DNA from: Scyliorhinus canicula
Taxonomy: Eukaryota
Assembly (NCBI RefSeq): GCF_902713615.1
Contig: NC_052161.1
Location: 124,952,678 to 125,016,677, forward strand
Direction of reading: 5' to 3'
DNA: 64,000 nt
Part shown: piece by piece, positions 13,349-24,413 of the stretch
Layout: each line of letters opens with the position of its first letter
How positions within the stretch are numbered: the stretch's first letter is position 1
Program-made: the position numbers and the translations under genes
The notes under the pieces: model-generated
The model's input: the letters and a program-made list of their open reading frames with translations, nothing else
What the model was told of the DNA's origin: nothing
The model's database searches: none

Positions 13349-15594
13349 AGACAAAATACACACCTGCCTTGTGGCAGCTTCCACTGCAAGGAATCAGAGG
13401 GCAGATTTCAGGAAAGAGCACCGGCACTAAACAGGGAAATGACTGCAAATGCACGACCATTTTCAAACAGGAATTGGGACCGACAAAGTTTCTGACCGAG
13501 AACAGCCTTTGTTGTTAAATGTACACAGAAACCACTTTAAAGCAAAAATGCAGCACTGGTTGGCACAGTCAATCCAAGCACTCAGCCTGCACAGCACATG
13601 AAGAGGTAACAGCTTCTGACATCCAGCGCCCCTGGCAGATGTGGTTTATACTGCCCCAAAACTGATGCTGCAACACACATCATACCAGCACTTTACTCCG
13701 AATCAAAAACATCCCCATGGAGTCTGTGTGCGACCAACTGCAGCAGAACAACCAAGTTCAAGGACCCGCGACCATTCCTGAAGAATGAGCCCAGCTGAGG
13801 CGAACCCAACAACTTCCAAACCAACCACGTGAACCCGAATAAAGGCCTAATCTCACACAGTGCCGGTCACTCGAAGTTAAGGAAAGGTCATCTTGGTCGT
13901 TAGGTGTGGTTTAGTGCGGAGCCGCGTGTATTATTGCATAGAGATACAAGTCTTGTGCTGTTAATAAACTGTGTTTTTGAGCTAACATATTGGTTGTGTG
14001 GTCATTTGGTCAATATAAGAAACAGCTTGTGGTTCACCCCAAAGGAAGGCAACACCGGAGGAAACCCACACAGATACGGGGAGAAAGTGAAAACTTCACT
14101 CAGTCACCCGAGGTTGGAATCAAATCCAGGTCCCTAGTGCTGTGGGATTTCAGTGCTAACTACTGTGCCACATATAATGAGCTTGTGTTCATCTGCCTGT
14201 TTATCTGTGTTTTTCTATCCATGTGCCTGTATCTGTGTGCATTATATAACTGTGTGCATGACTGTGTTCTCTCGGTTGAGCATGTTATTACATGTGCACT
14301 TAACACTGGAGTATGATTTCAGTTATTGTTCATTCTCTTGCACCTTTCATGTGAGTAGAGCTGTTCCATCATGGAGTGTGGGAATTAGCTGACCTGACCT
14401 TACCTTCACCTGATGTATACAAACACTTTGTAGCTGGGGTCACTACATAGTGAGTACAAGCTCTGACTGATCTCCTCATCTCAAACCCAGGAATGCTGAA
14501 GTATCTTTAATGCTGAGATTAGCTTACCCAACATGGACCGGGATCCTCCTTCTCTGCCCGGCAACATTTACGGTCGCACACAGGCTGGTCCCAAAAGAGA
14601 TCGATCTCTAGTGCGCGGGGCTTTTTATCCTTCATCTCTTTCACGCCCTTTTGGGTGGTCCTTACTCCGGGTCCAATGGATCAATAGGGTTTTCGACCGA
14701 AGGGATTCTATGATTTGATATACAGAGTATTGTACCAAATGTGTTTTACACAGGACTAACTGATATATATAGTCTGAGGTGTGGTTGTTAACTTGCTCTA
14801 TCTCGTGAAGGCCAATTACAAATAGGCATGTCCAGGAAATCATAGGCATTATGGTATGCCAAGGTCAGAGGACACCTGCAGTTCCTGATAAATTTCAGGC
14901 AGCAGAATATTTTTTGTAAAAAATGGTTTTACATCTGAACCAGTCAGATGTGTTTTGGATACCAGGCACAAGACTGAATAATAGATCATAACTCAGTCAC
15001 TCAAGTTAACTGGAAATTGAAACCCTGCCGATCATCATAACCTTGGTCTAGCATCACAACCTTATTGAACGCTATGTTGCCTGGCAGCACCACAGTAGTG
15101 GCAAGGTGTCTGCTGGGGTTTCTTCCATCCCTACTTTCTCTCTTGTCAACCTAAAGTTGCCAAGAGATACATGCACTTGGACATTTTCAAAGTGCTCGTT
15201 CAGCCATTTTCAGCCTAGACAGTGAGATTTTCATCAACTCAACATTGGCAGTTGTGTCTTTAGCTGCCTGGGTCTTAAGCTCTCAAAATAACTTCCTAAA
15301 CCCTTCTGCCTCATTCTCTTTTAAGACACTTTACTTATTTGACGATTGATCACCTGTCCTAATACCTCCTATGTGACTCAATGTCAAATTTTATTTGACA
15401 ATTTCCCCTCAAATTGGTTTGAGACATTTTGCGAGGTTAAAGGCATGATATAAATCCAAGTTATGGTGATGTTGGCTGGCCATTTGGTCACAAGTGGCAT
15501 CACAGTCAACAATCCTGACCTCTCCCAGTAGGGCCCCTCCTAGATAGTCAGAAGTGGACTGATCTTTCTGCCCCTTGAAACAAAGGTATTGAGG

Positions 15595-16934
15595 ACCTCC
15601 GGCGGGCGGGAGGCAGCCGCACGTTGGGGGGGCTCCCGTTCAGGAACAGCATTGTCGGGGGTTAACCCCGGTCCTAGGGGCAGCGAAGGCAGTAAAAGTC
15701 AGGAGAAAGCACAGGGAAGGGAATTGTCGAGGATCAGTAAAAAAACGGCCGTGAAAACAGCTGAAAGTCCGTCGGGGAGTGGAAAGGTCACCCCGGGGTC
15801 GGTAAAGAAAATGGAGGCTGGAGCACCAGGGGAGGCCGCATTGCTTACGGCTGAAGAAATAACTAAGGTGATGGCCGTGGAATTCGAAAGGCAGTTCACA
15901 AAACACATGGAGGCAATGAGGAAGGAGATGGGGGCGGTTTTGAAAGTGCTGGTGGAGGAGGCGATTACCCCGGGGAGGACGGCAGTGGCGAGCGCAATGG
16001 TGGAGGTGCGGGAGCAAGGGGAGGCGCTGAAGGAAGTGGAAGAAACATTACTGCTGCACAGTGATCAACTTACCTCGATGGGGAAGGAGATGCGGAAGGT
16101 GATAGAGATCAACAAGGATCTGCAAGGCAAAATGGAAGACCTGGAAAACAAATCCAGGCGTCAGAATTTGAGGATTGTGGGGCTGCCCGAAGGAGTGGAA
16201 GGCCCGAGGCTGACGGAGTATTTTGCCAGAATGTTGGTGAAGCTATTGGGGGAGGGGGAGGATCCCTCCCGATATGAACTGGATCGGGCTCATCGGTCGT
16301 GGAGGCCTGTACCAAAGGTGAGTGAGCCGCCAAAAGTAATGACTCTGTGCTTCCGTAGGAATGGTGTAAAGGAGAAGGTCCTGTGCTGGGCTAAGCAGAA
16401 GCGGATGGTGCAGTGGGCTGGAGCTGGTATACACTTATACCAGGACTTTACGGTGCCGGGCAAGGGGGAAAGAGACCCGGGCGGGGGCCTCCACGCTGGC
16501 CGGTTTAAGCCGGCCAATGAACGGGGGTGAGGGGCTGCAGCAATCAGAGCCTGGCAGAACAGGGTCCGATGAGTCTAGCCGGGGGGGGGAAGTTGGGGGG
16601 GAAGGAACCGAGGTTGAGGGGAGGAGTTTTACAAGAGGAACTGGAGGGGAGGAGTGGGGGGGGGGGGGGGGGGGGGGGGGGCTTTACAAGTCTTGGGTGT
16701 CCTTTACGGTATTCTTTCGGAGGCTGGATGGCATCGAGTGTCGGGGGTGGGGGTGACTCTATTGGTTAATGGTGACCATGGGCGATTCCGGACTCCTTTT
16801 TCTTTTTCTCCTTTGTGTTTTTTTCCACCATGTGAGTATTTTAAGGGTATTGACTTTGTATTTGTTACCGTTTACTGCTTGTTGGTAGGATGTAAATTTT
16901 GAAGGAAAATGTGAAAATGGAGAATATTAAAAAA
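15595..16934 (+). mobile_element. L1-clade element retaining 5' end and most of ORF1, lacking ORF2; 18-bp TSD
   Basis: ORF 15589-16530 has L1 ORF1p motifs (coiled coil, LENKSRRQNLRIVGLPEG, ELDRAHRS, IHLYQDFT); A-rich end; gaaacaaaggtattgagg at 15577-15594 and 16935-16952. Confidence 0.88.
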
Positions 16935-19900
16935 GAAACAAAGGTATTGAGGCCAATTATTGTCCACACCAGCACTCACCTCACGGACTGCTGCCCCAAA
17001 CAAGAGCACTTTAAAACAGCACAGACAAGGTGCTGAACCTAGAATTTTCTGGGTGGAATTTAGTGTAGGTGATGCGAGTTCAGCCCACCAGTCATTTCTT
17101 CAAGGGCTGCCCTGCAATCAAGGTACAGTGTCAGGGCTTCCCACAGAATCAAGTCCCCAAGAGTTGCGGCCAATGAGACACTTTCAGCAGGGACTGTCGC
17201 TGGGTCCCTGGAGGCAGATGAGTATTGAGGGGTGGGAGGTCACAGGGAAGGGGTTGAATGCAAGGGTCGGGTGGCTCTCGGCAGGCACCTCCTCTTTCCG
17301 ATGTGGGGTTCCTTCATTGGGTACTAAATGTCTTTCCCCCCCCCCCCCCCCCCCCCGCGAAGAGGCCACTGGCAAAGCAGACAGAGTTTGCTTGGTGAAT
17401 TACTGAGGGCACCACATGTGATTGTCAGAATTTCTGAGCTACCCCAAAATCCTAGTGGGCTCAGAGATAATGGCCTCGAAGTGGCTCAATAATGAACCTA
17501 ATTTGCCAGCAGGCAGGATCGTTACATCGGGCAAATTCCCGCTGCTGACTAAATGGGGATTGGTTTCCCACTGGCAAGAAGGGCGGTGTGGCCTCCCCCT
17601 GATTATGTGGATCTGCCCAGCTGAGCTCCATTAAATCCAGGCCCGTGTCTTTTCCAAACAAATTAATTCTGGGACTATGGGTGTTACTGACAATACTGGA
17701 ATGTGTTGCCTGTCCCTCGAGAAGGTGGTGATTGGGTTTCTTCTTGAACTGCTGTGATATCGCTCAGTACCAAATCCCCACGATGCAATTACCCTCCCTG
17801 CCATCAGTGAAACTGACAGCTTGCACTTTTCATTATGCAACCGACGGTGAAGGTCGCCAACCCAAGAGAAAATAAACAGAATTAAATAACTGATTGCATT
17901 CTGATTGACTGAAGAGTTCAGTGTGGGTCCATCATTATAAAATTAATAACAGCACATCTCATCTGATTTGCATAACACACACCATCTGTGAGACACCATC
18001 TTTGGAACGAGTGATGGATCAGGCTCCGAATGGCTCACCAGCTTTAACAAAAACAGTTTTTCTGCAAATAGGGTGTCCAGTTATTACCATTTAATGTATT
18101 TCTTTATATGCCTGTACTAACTGCACTGCATCATTCATCAGGCAATGCAGTCATTAGCTTTTTGTTGCAGGAAGAGTGTCCGTATATAAACGCAGTTCAA
18201 GGTAGATCATCAAACATTTATAGTATACATTAGCTGATCTCCCGTGGCAATGCTCACAGTGGATGTCAGATGCTGGGGGAGATCTGGCCTATCTCATTAT
18301 TAGAAAATCAAATCCAGGGGATTATAGCAACCTACAGACTGTCTAGAGAGCACTCGTTCCTGCCCACCTCTTTTCTGCAGCCAAGTCCACACGAGGCAAT
18401 GCAAGAAGAGGAAGCTGGCAGTGTCTGCTGGTACACCCAAAGCCTTCCTTGACTGGTGGGGCCAGAGGGGCTGAATGTGTGGTGAACACCAAATAATATA
18501 AGGATTTAACTTGACAATTTTGCTTCAATTTTTATTCAAAATTTGGATGTTATTGTTTGTATTCTTTGAAAAAGGGGGCACTTTTTGTTAATTTGATTTA
18601 GATTAGAGACATGTATCATCCTCACCAACAATAGAGGACACTTGTAACCTTGGAAAGTTCAGCTTAATGACTGTTTTTATATTATTGTAAAGAGGGCTGT
18701 TCATGCAAAACACAATATTTTGTTGCTAAAATATAACCAGGTGCTCTTCTTAAAACTACAGATTATTAAATGTTGTTGACTTAGGGTGAGCCTATGCACA
18801 TGTTAATTAGGATAGTGTGGCTCCAGTTTTTCTGGAGCAGTGAGGGTTTCTCTGTATATTCCAAATGAGTGATTGTGTTGCATTAAATCACACACCCCAA
18901 AGTGGAAGAAATTTATTAGACACCGAATGATAACTAAACAAAATGCAGCTTTGTGGAAGATTTTTTTTAATTACGTAATATTTGCACTGAAAGATTACCT
19001 AGTGTTACAATATCTAATTCATTCATGTTTTAGAATATGACTTTCAAATTTAGCAATTCAATTTTTTAACTGCAGAAAATTAGGTTATCTGGTTGAGAAA
19101 CTAATAAAAACAACCCTGAAGTAAATACAATCCAAATAAGCTTGGAGTTTATTACACTTAAATGGTTGGGGCATGTTGACTTAGATGTCAACAGCAAGAA
19201 AAGGCAAAATCATAAACAGCAGGTGGGCATATGTAGCTAAAGAATAGGAGTTTGCAGTCATTCCAGTAAAGGATAAGTTATTCATGTGGTGTCCCAAAAT
19301 CAAGGAAAGGTTTGGTATTCAAAGCTAGTTCATTGGCATTTCTGCCTGGGAACTGGCCAGGTTTTTCAAATTGCCATGGAGATGGGTGGAGCTTAGTGGG
19401 ATTCTTTGGTTTGAGTTATCTTGATTTGATTTATTGTTACGTGTACCAAGGTACAGTGAAAAGTATTGTTCTGCGTACAGTCCAGACAGATCATTCCATA
19501 CATGAAAAAACATAGGACATATGATAAATATGAGATGTCGGAAGAGGACCTATGGGAGAGCTCACAGAGAGTCGCCATGCTCGGGCGCCATCTTATTTGT
19601 TTGTGAATTCAGGTAGAGCGTAACCAACAGGCAAGATTGGTTTGATGTTTGGAAACGCAGCTAAGAAATCATGCTAGCTTTGAGTCTTATGTAGTTTGTA
19701 GCCCCTTGGGAGTCAAGAGAAAAGGCTGCACCTACACGCAAGGTAGGAAAAATGCCAGATCTATCATTCATGATGCAGGCTGCGAGTGGGAGCTGGTATT
19801 CCGTATAAGACAAAAGAAGAAATCTACAGTTATACTCAATAAAAGGCAGCTATAATATTGTTGCAGTTCTGCAAATAATCAGTTTGGTTGTCGTTTAAAA

Positions 19901-20191
19901 CCACAGGGGCAGCCTATTGGAAATAAAGGATGGTTTCTGATATTTTAACATGAGTCACAGCGAGGCCCATGCTTGAACTCTGGAATCCAGAGTTGTGAGG
20001 CTGGTAAAGGAATTGGAGAGTCTCTTAGTCAAAGGTTAATGGAAGGTTCTCCCATGAAATCATGTACCATGGCTGGAACGCTGAAGAGAAACCAGAGTGA
20101 ATTCCAGTGGGCTGTGGTACACCTTTTGAATTGGTCCCAGCAGAAGTGAATGAACATTGAAGATTTTGTAAGGAAAGGGAACTCTCAGAAA

Positions 20192-21615
20192 GGGCAGCAC
20201 GGTAGCATGGTGGTTAGCATAAATGCTTCACAGCTCCAGGGTCCCAGGTTCGATTCCCGGCTGGATCACTGTCTGTGTGGAGTCTGCACGTCCTCCCCGT
20301 GTGTGTGTGGGTTTCCTCCGGGTGCTCCGGTTTCCTCCCACAGTCCAAAGATGTGCGGGTTAGGTGGATTGGCCATGCTAAATTGCCCGTAGTGTAAGGT
20401 TAATGGGGGGATTGTTGGGTTGCGGGTATGAGGTGGATACGTGGGTTTGAGTAGGGTGATCATTGCACGGCACAACATCGAGGGCCGAAGGGCCTGTTCT
20501 GTGCTGTACTGTTCTATGTTCTATGATTGTAGCACAAGTCTCAAGCTTTAATGTAAAATTATTTTTGATACACAATAAAGTTGGGCAGCATGGTAGCATA
20601 ATGGTTAGCACAATTGCGTCACAGCACCAGGGTCCCAGGTTTGATTCCCGGCTTGGGTCACTGTCTGTGTGGAGTCTGCACACCCTCCCCGTGTGTGCGT
20701 GGGTTTCCTCCAGGTGCTCCGGTTTCCTCCCACAGTCCAAAGATGTGCAGGTTAAGTGGATTTGCCATGCTAAATTGCCCTTAGTGTCTAAAATTGCCCT
20801 TAGCGTTGGGTGGGGTTGCTGGGTTACAGGGATAGGGTGGAGATATGGGTTTGGATGGGGTGCTCTTTCCAAGAGCCGGTGCATACTCCTTCTGCACTGT
20901 AAAGTCTATGAAAGTTTATTTTTGTTAAAAAAATGTAATCTTGTGGCGCACTTATGTCGGTTAATTGCTGGTTGTTTGGATTTCTTCATTAGAATGTTAA
21001 TCCGCCCCAATCAGATGTAGCACCAGTTAAAATGTAGCAGGTGAAAGAAAGTCATCTTAATTGGAGGCAGCACGGTGATATAGTGGTTAGCACTGCTCCC
21101 TCATGGCGCCCAGGTCCCAAGTTCGATCCCGGCTCTGGGTCATTGTCCTTGTGGAGTTTGCACATTCTCTCCGTGTTTGCATGGGTCTCACCCCCACAAC
21201 CCAAAGATGTGCAGGGTAGGTGGATTGGCCACGCTAAATTGCCCCTTAATTGGAAAAAATTAATTGGGTACTCTAAATTTATTTTTCAAAAAGCCCCTTA
21301 ATGAAAAATGGCAGAATCATTTTCATAATGACCCAAGACTAAACTCATGCAATGTGTGATGAAGAACAACCGCAATTAAATCACAAAATGTTACTGGCCA
21401 ATAAGCCATTCAGCCCATCAAACCTGTGCTGCCTTTCCAATACTGGGGCTGTTTAGCACAGGACTAAATTGCTAGCTTTGAAAGCAGGCCAGCAGCACGG
21501 TTCAATTCCCGTACCAGCCTCCCTGAACAGGCGCTGGAATGTGGCGACTAGGGGCTTTTCACAGTAACTTCATTTGGAGGCTACTTGTGACAATAAGCGA
21601 TTTTCATTTCATTTC
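20192..21615 (+). mobile_element. Cluster of four same-orientation SINEs (about 20192-20525, 20583-20910, 21063-21290, 21445-21615)
   Basis: Four tRNA-like heads, each followed by a different 3' module. Confidence 0.88.
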
Positions 21616-21869
21616 AGCAATCTAAATTGATTCTATAATTCCCACTTTCAACCCTGGGCATTCCTTGACATCATACGTTTCTCTAGATTATGCATTAAAA
21701 AACGACATCTTGCATTCATTTAGTACCTTTTAAACGTAGCAAATATCTCAAAGGGAAAGTGCTTGGAAAAACTCAAAGCATTCCATGTTCCAACAACCGT
21801 CAATGTAAAAGATGTTTTCTCAACGCTCTCCCCACTTGCTGAAAAGTGATAGAGGTTATATCACCCTAC

Positions 21870-22400
21870 CTGAACCCGTCGATTCAATCTCAGCCCGTAC
21901 AACTCACTCCCGGGGACAGTAACTGAGCGCCTGGATTACATCCCAGCCTGTAACTGACTGCGGGGCATCGTTATTCAATCGAGAAAATTCCACGCAACCG
22001 TCGGATCACTTTGAAAAACAATCATCATGTTGTGCGATTAATATAAAATTGGAACATATTTTCTGCCTTACACGGGTATAAACAAACCGCGCGGAGCGCT
22101 GTCACGTTTCACCACAAGTATCGACTTTCATAAAGATCTGGTTAAATTAAAAGCCAAAAATAGTCCCTCATCTGTGAGCAGGAGGGAGGGAGGGAGGGAG
22201 AGTGAATACTGGTGACGTGGGCCCCATGGAGGCTGAAACTCCCTCTCCCAGTCTCCCCGACACGTGGAAATCGCAGATGTACAAGAAAGGAGCTGGAGAA
22301 CCACTCGCCCTGGCGACACCCATTGCAAAAGCGTTGTCACTGCAAAAGGCGCCACTCCCGGACCCCGGAGAAAAAATATACACAACACCTAGAACGAGCC
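21870..22400. promoter_or_regulatory. CpG-enriched, TE-free segment, probable flank of the PHF13/KLHL21 divergent promoter
   Basis: More CpG than flanks (ccgcgcggagcgc), TGACGT at 22213, CACGTG at 22261; lies between divergently oriented genes next to the gap. Confidence 0.4.
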
Positions 22401-22502
22401 TTTGTTATTAAGTAGCAAGGGGATGAAGCATGTAACAGGGCAATTCATACCCCCCCCCCCCATTATACCCTCCGCTCCAAGGCTGGAGGTGCTGGCTGGG
22501 AA

Positions 22503-22849
22503 CGGGGGGGGGGGAGGGGGGGGGAAGAAACTAACGGAGGAGGGGGGACAGACAGGAGGAGGGGGGACAGACAGGAGGGGGGAGGACAGACAAGGAGGGG
22601 GGGGGGAGGACAGACAGGAGGGGGTGGACTGACAGGAGTGGGGAGGACAGACAAGGGGGGGGGGGAGGACAGACAGGAGGGGGTGGACTGACAGGAGTGG
22701 GGTGGACTGACAGGAGTGGGGAGGACAGACAAGGAGGGGGGGGGGGAGGACAGACAAGGAGGGGGGGGGGGGAGGACAGACAGGAGGGGGTGGACTGACA
22801 GGAGTGGGGAGGACAGACAGGAGGGGGGGAGGACAGACAGGAGGGGGTG
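22503..22849 (+). repeat. G-rich minisatellite, unit about 17-25 bp GGAC(A/T)GACA(A)GGAG(G)n
   Basis: About 15 visible copies with variable G runs, ending at the N gap. Confidence 0.92.
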
Positions 22850-22949
22850 NNNNNNNNNNNNNNNNNNNNNNNNNNNNNNNNNNNNNNNNNNNNNNNNNNN
22901 NNNNNNNNNNNNNNNNNNNNNNNNNNNNNNNNNNNNNNNNNNNNNNNNN
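22850..22949. other. Assembly gap (100 N, true size unknown)
   Basis: Run of exactly 100 N. Confidence 0.99.
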
Positions 22950-23189
22950 CCCAAGTGTCCTGATCAGTGTCCTTACACCCGAGAATAATAAATTGTTACA
23001 ACTTGTCTGATTTTGTTACAGACTACAGAAGGTTTGAAGCTTTGCACATGGTGCATAATGGGATGATGTGGAGTGGGAGGAGGGGAGAGGGTTCTCTGAT
23101 TGTTGCCAGGTGAAAATGAACCGGTCAGACAGAAGCTGCAACTCTCATAGAGACACTTATAGTGTGTACCCAGAGGTGACATCTTATTT

Positions 23190-23404
23190 TGAATAAATTT
23201 AGAGTACCCAATTATTATTTTTACGCAATTAAGGGCCAATTTAGCATTGTCAATCCACCTAACCTGCACATCTTTGGGTTGTGGGGGTGAAACCCACGCA
23301 GACAGGGGGAGAATGTGCAATCTTCACACGGACAGTGACCCAGATTCGAACTCAGGTCCTCAGCGCTGTAGTCCCAGTGCTAACCACTGCACCACGTGCC
23401 ACCC
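23190..23404 (-). mobile_element. Short V-SINE-type SINE with TSD agaggtgacatctt
   Basis: Direct repeats at about 23172-23185 and 23407-23420 flank the element. Confidence 0.88.
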
Positions 23405-23592
23405 TAGAGGTGACATCTTTGTAACTATCCAGTTAGGGGAGGATGATGGGCTTCTGAGAGAAGGATCATTGTCCCGAATTTGGTGGGCAAAAGTCCCACC
23501 TCCTTCAGCCACCACGTGTATTGCTATAATGTCACAAAGGGCGTTGAGATTTCTGTCCACAGAACAGCAGCAAATCAGGCCCAAATTTGAGC

Positions 23593-23636
<44 letters not shown>

Positions 23637-24413
23637 TACATTTTGAGTGAATAGTTGAGTGCAATCGGTTTCTTATTTCAATCCCGTTTATGGGTAGAAC
23701 TCTTTGTTTTCCTGTTGATGTTGTGGTATTCTGAGCATGTTGCTTGGAATGTGCCAATTCCCAAAGAAAACCTTGGACGTTTGGCTAAAGAAATGTTCCG
23801 TTTGACTCTGTGCAGCTAAGCTGCATCTGGAAGCTGTATCTCCATTCTGAGGTGCTGATTTTCATGGATTTCGCCAGCTGTGAGCAGCCTCTCACTGGCC
23901 AAGTCTCTGTAGAGGATAGGGCAGATACGTTCAAATAAAAGGAAAGGTTTACATTTCTCTAGCACTCATCGCAATCTCTGGATGCTCCAAAACACTTGGC
24001 AGCTAAAACTGTAATGGAAGAAATATGACAGCCAATTTGTGCACAGCTAGGTTCCAGAAGAAATTAATTAATGACCAAATAATCTATCTTTTCATGCTGT
24101 TAGTTGAGGGATAAAAAGTAATTAGCATACCAAGGAGAGTTTCCCTGATCCTCTTTGAAATAATGTAATGGGACCTTTTGTTTTCAGGTGAGGGCAGATA
24201 GGACTCTGTCCTGTCCAAACTTATGAGTGTGGCATGTCCCTCAGCACTGCCTGAGTATTAACTTAGACAATGTGCTTAAATCACTTGTGTGGGACTTAAA
24301 CCCCAAGAATGCTACCCTTTGAACCTCAGCTGACTCCTCATTATTCACTGACATGATGTGTGATGTGAAACTGTACAATTGTTTAATGATCTGCTGTCTT
24401 TCTCCTTTTTCAG

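Noticed and set aside
11339-14960. Possible solo LTRs at about 11339-11810, 13730-14040 and 14530-14960 (also 18550-20190 and 38200-38830)
   Set aside because: LTR-like composition, but termini and TSDs could not be established.
22128-22415. Short ORFs as PHF13 exon 1 or a KLHL21 upstream coding exon
   Set aside because: No resemblance to either recalled N-terminus; donor-like sites nearby cannot be validated.
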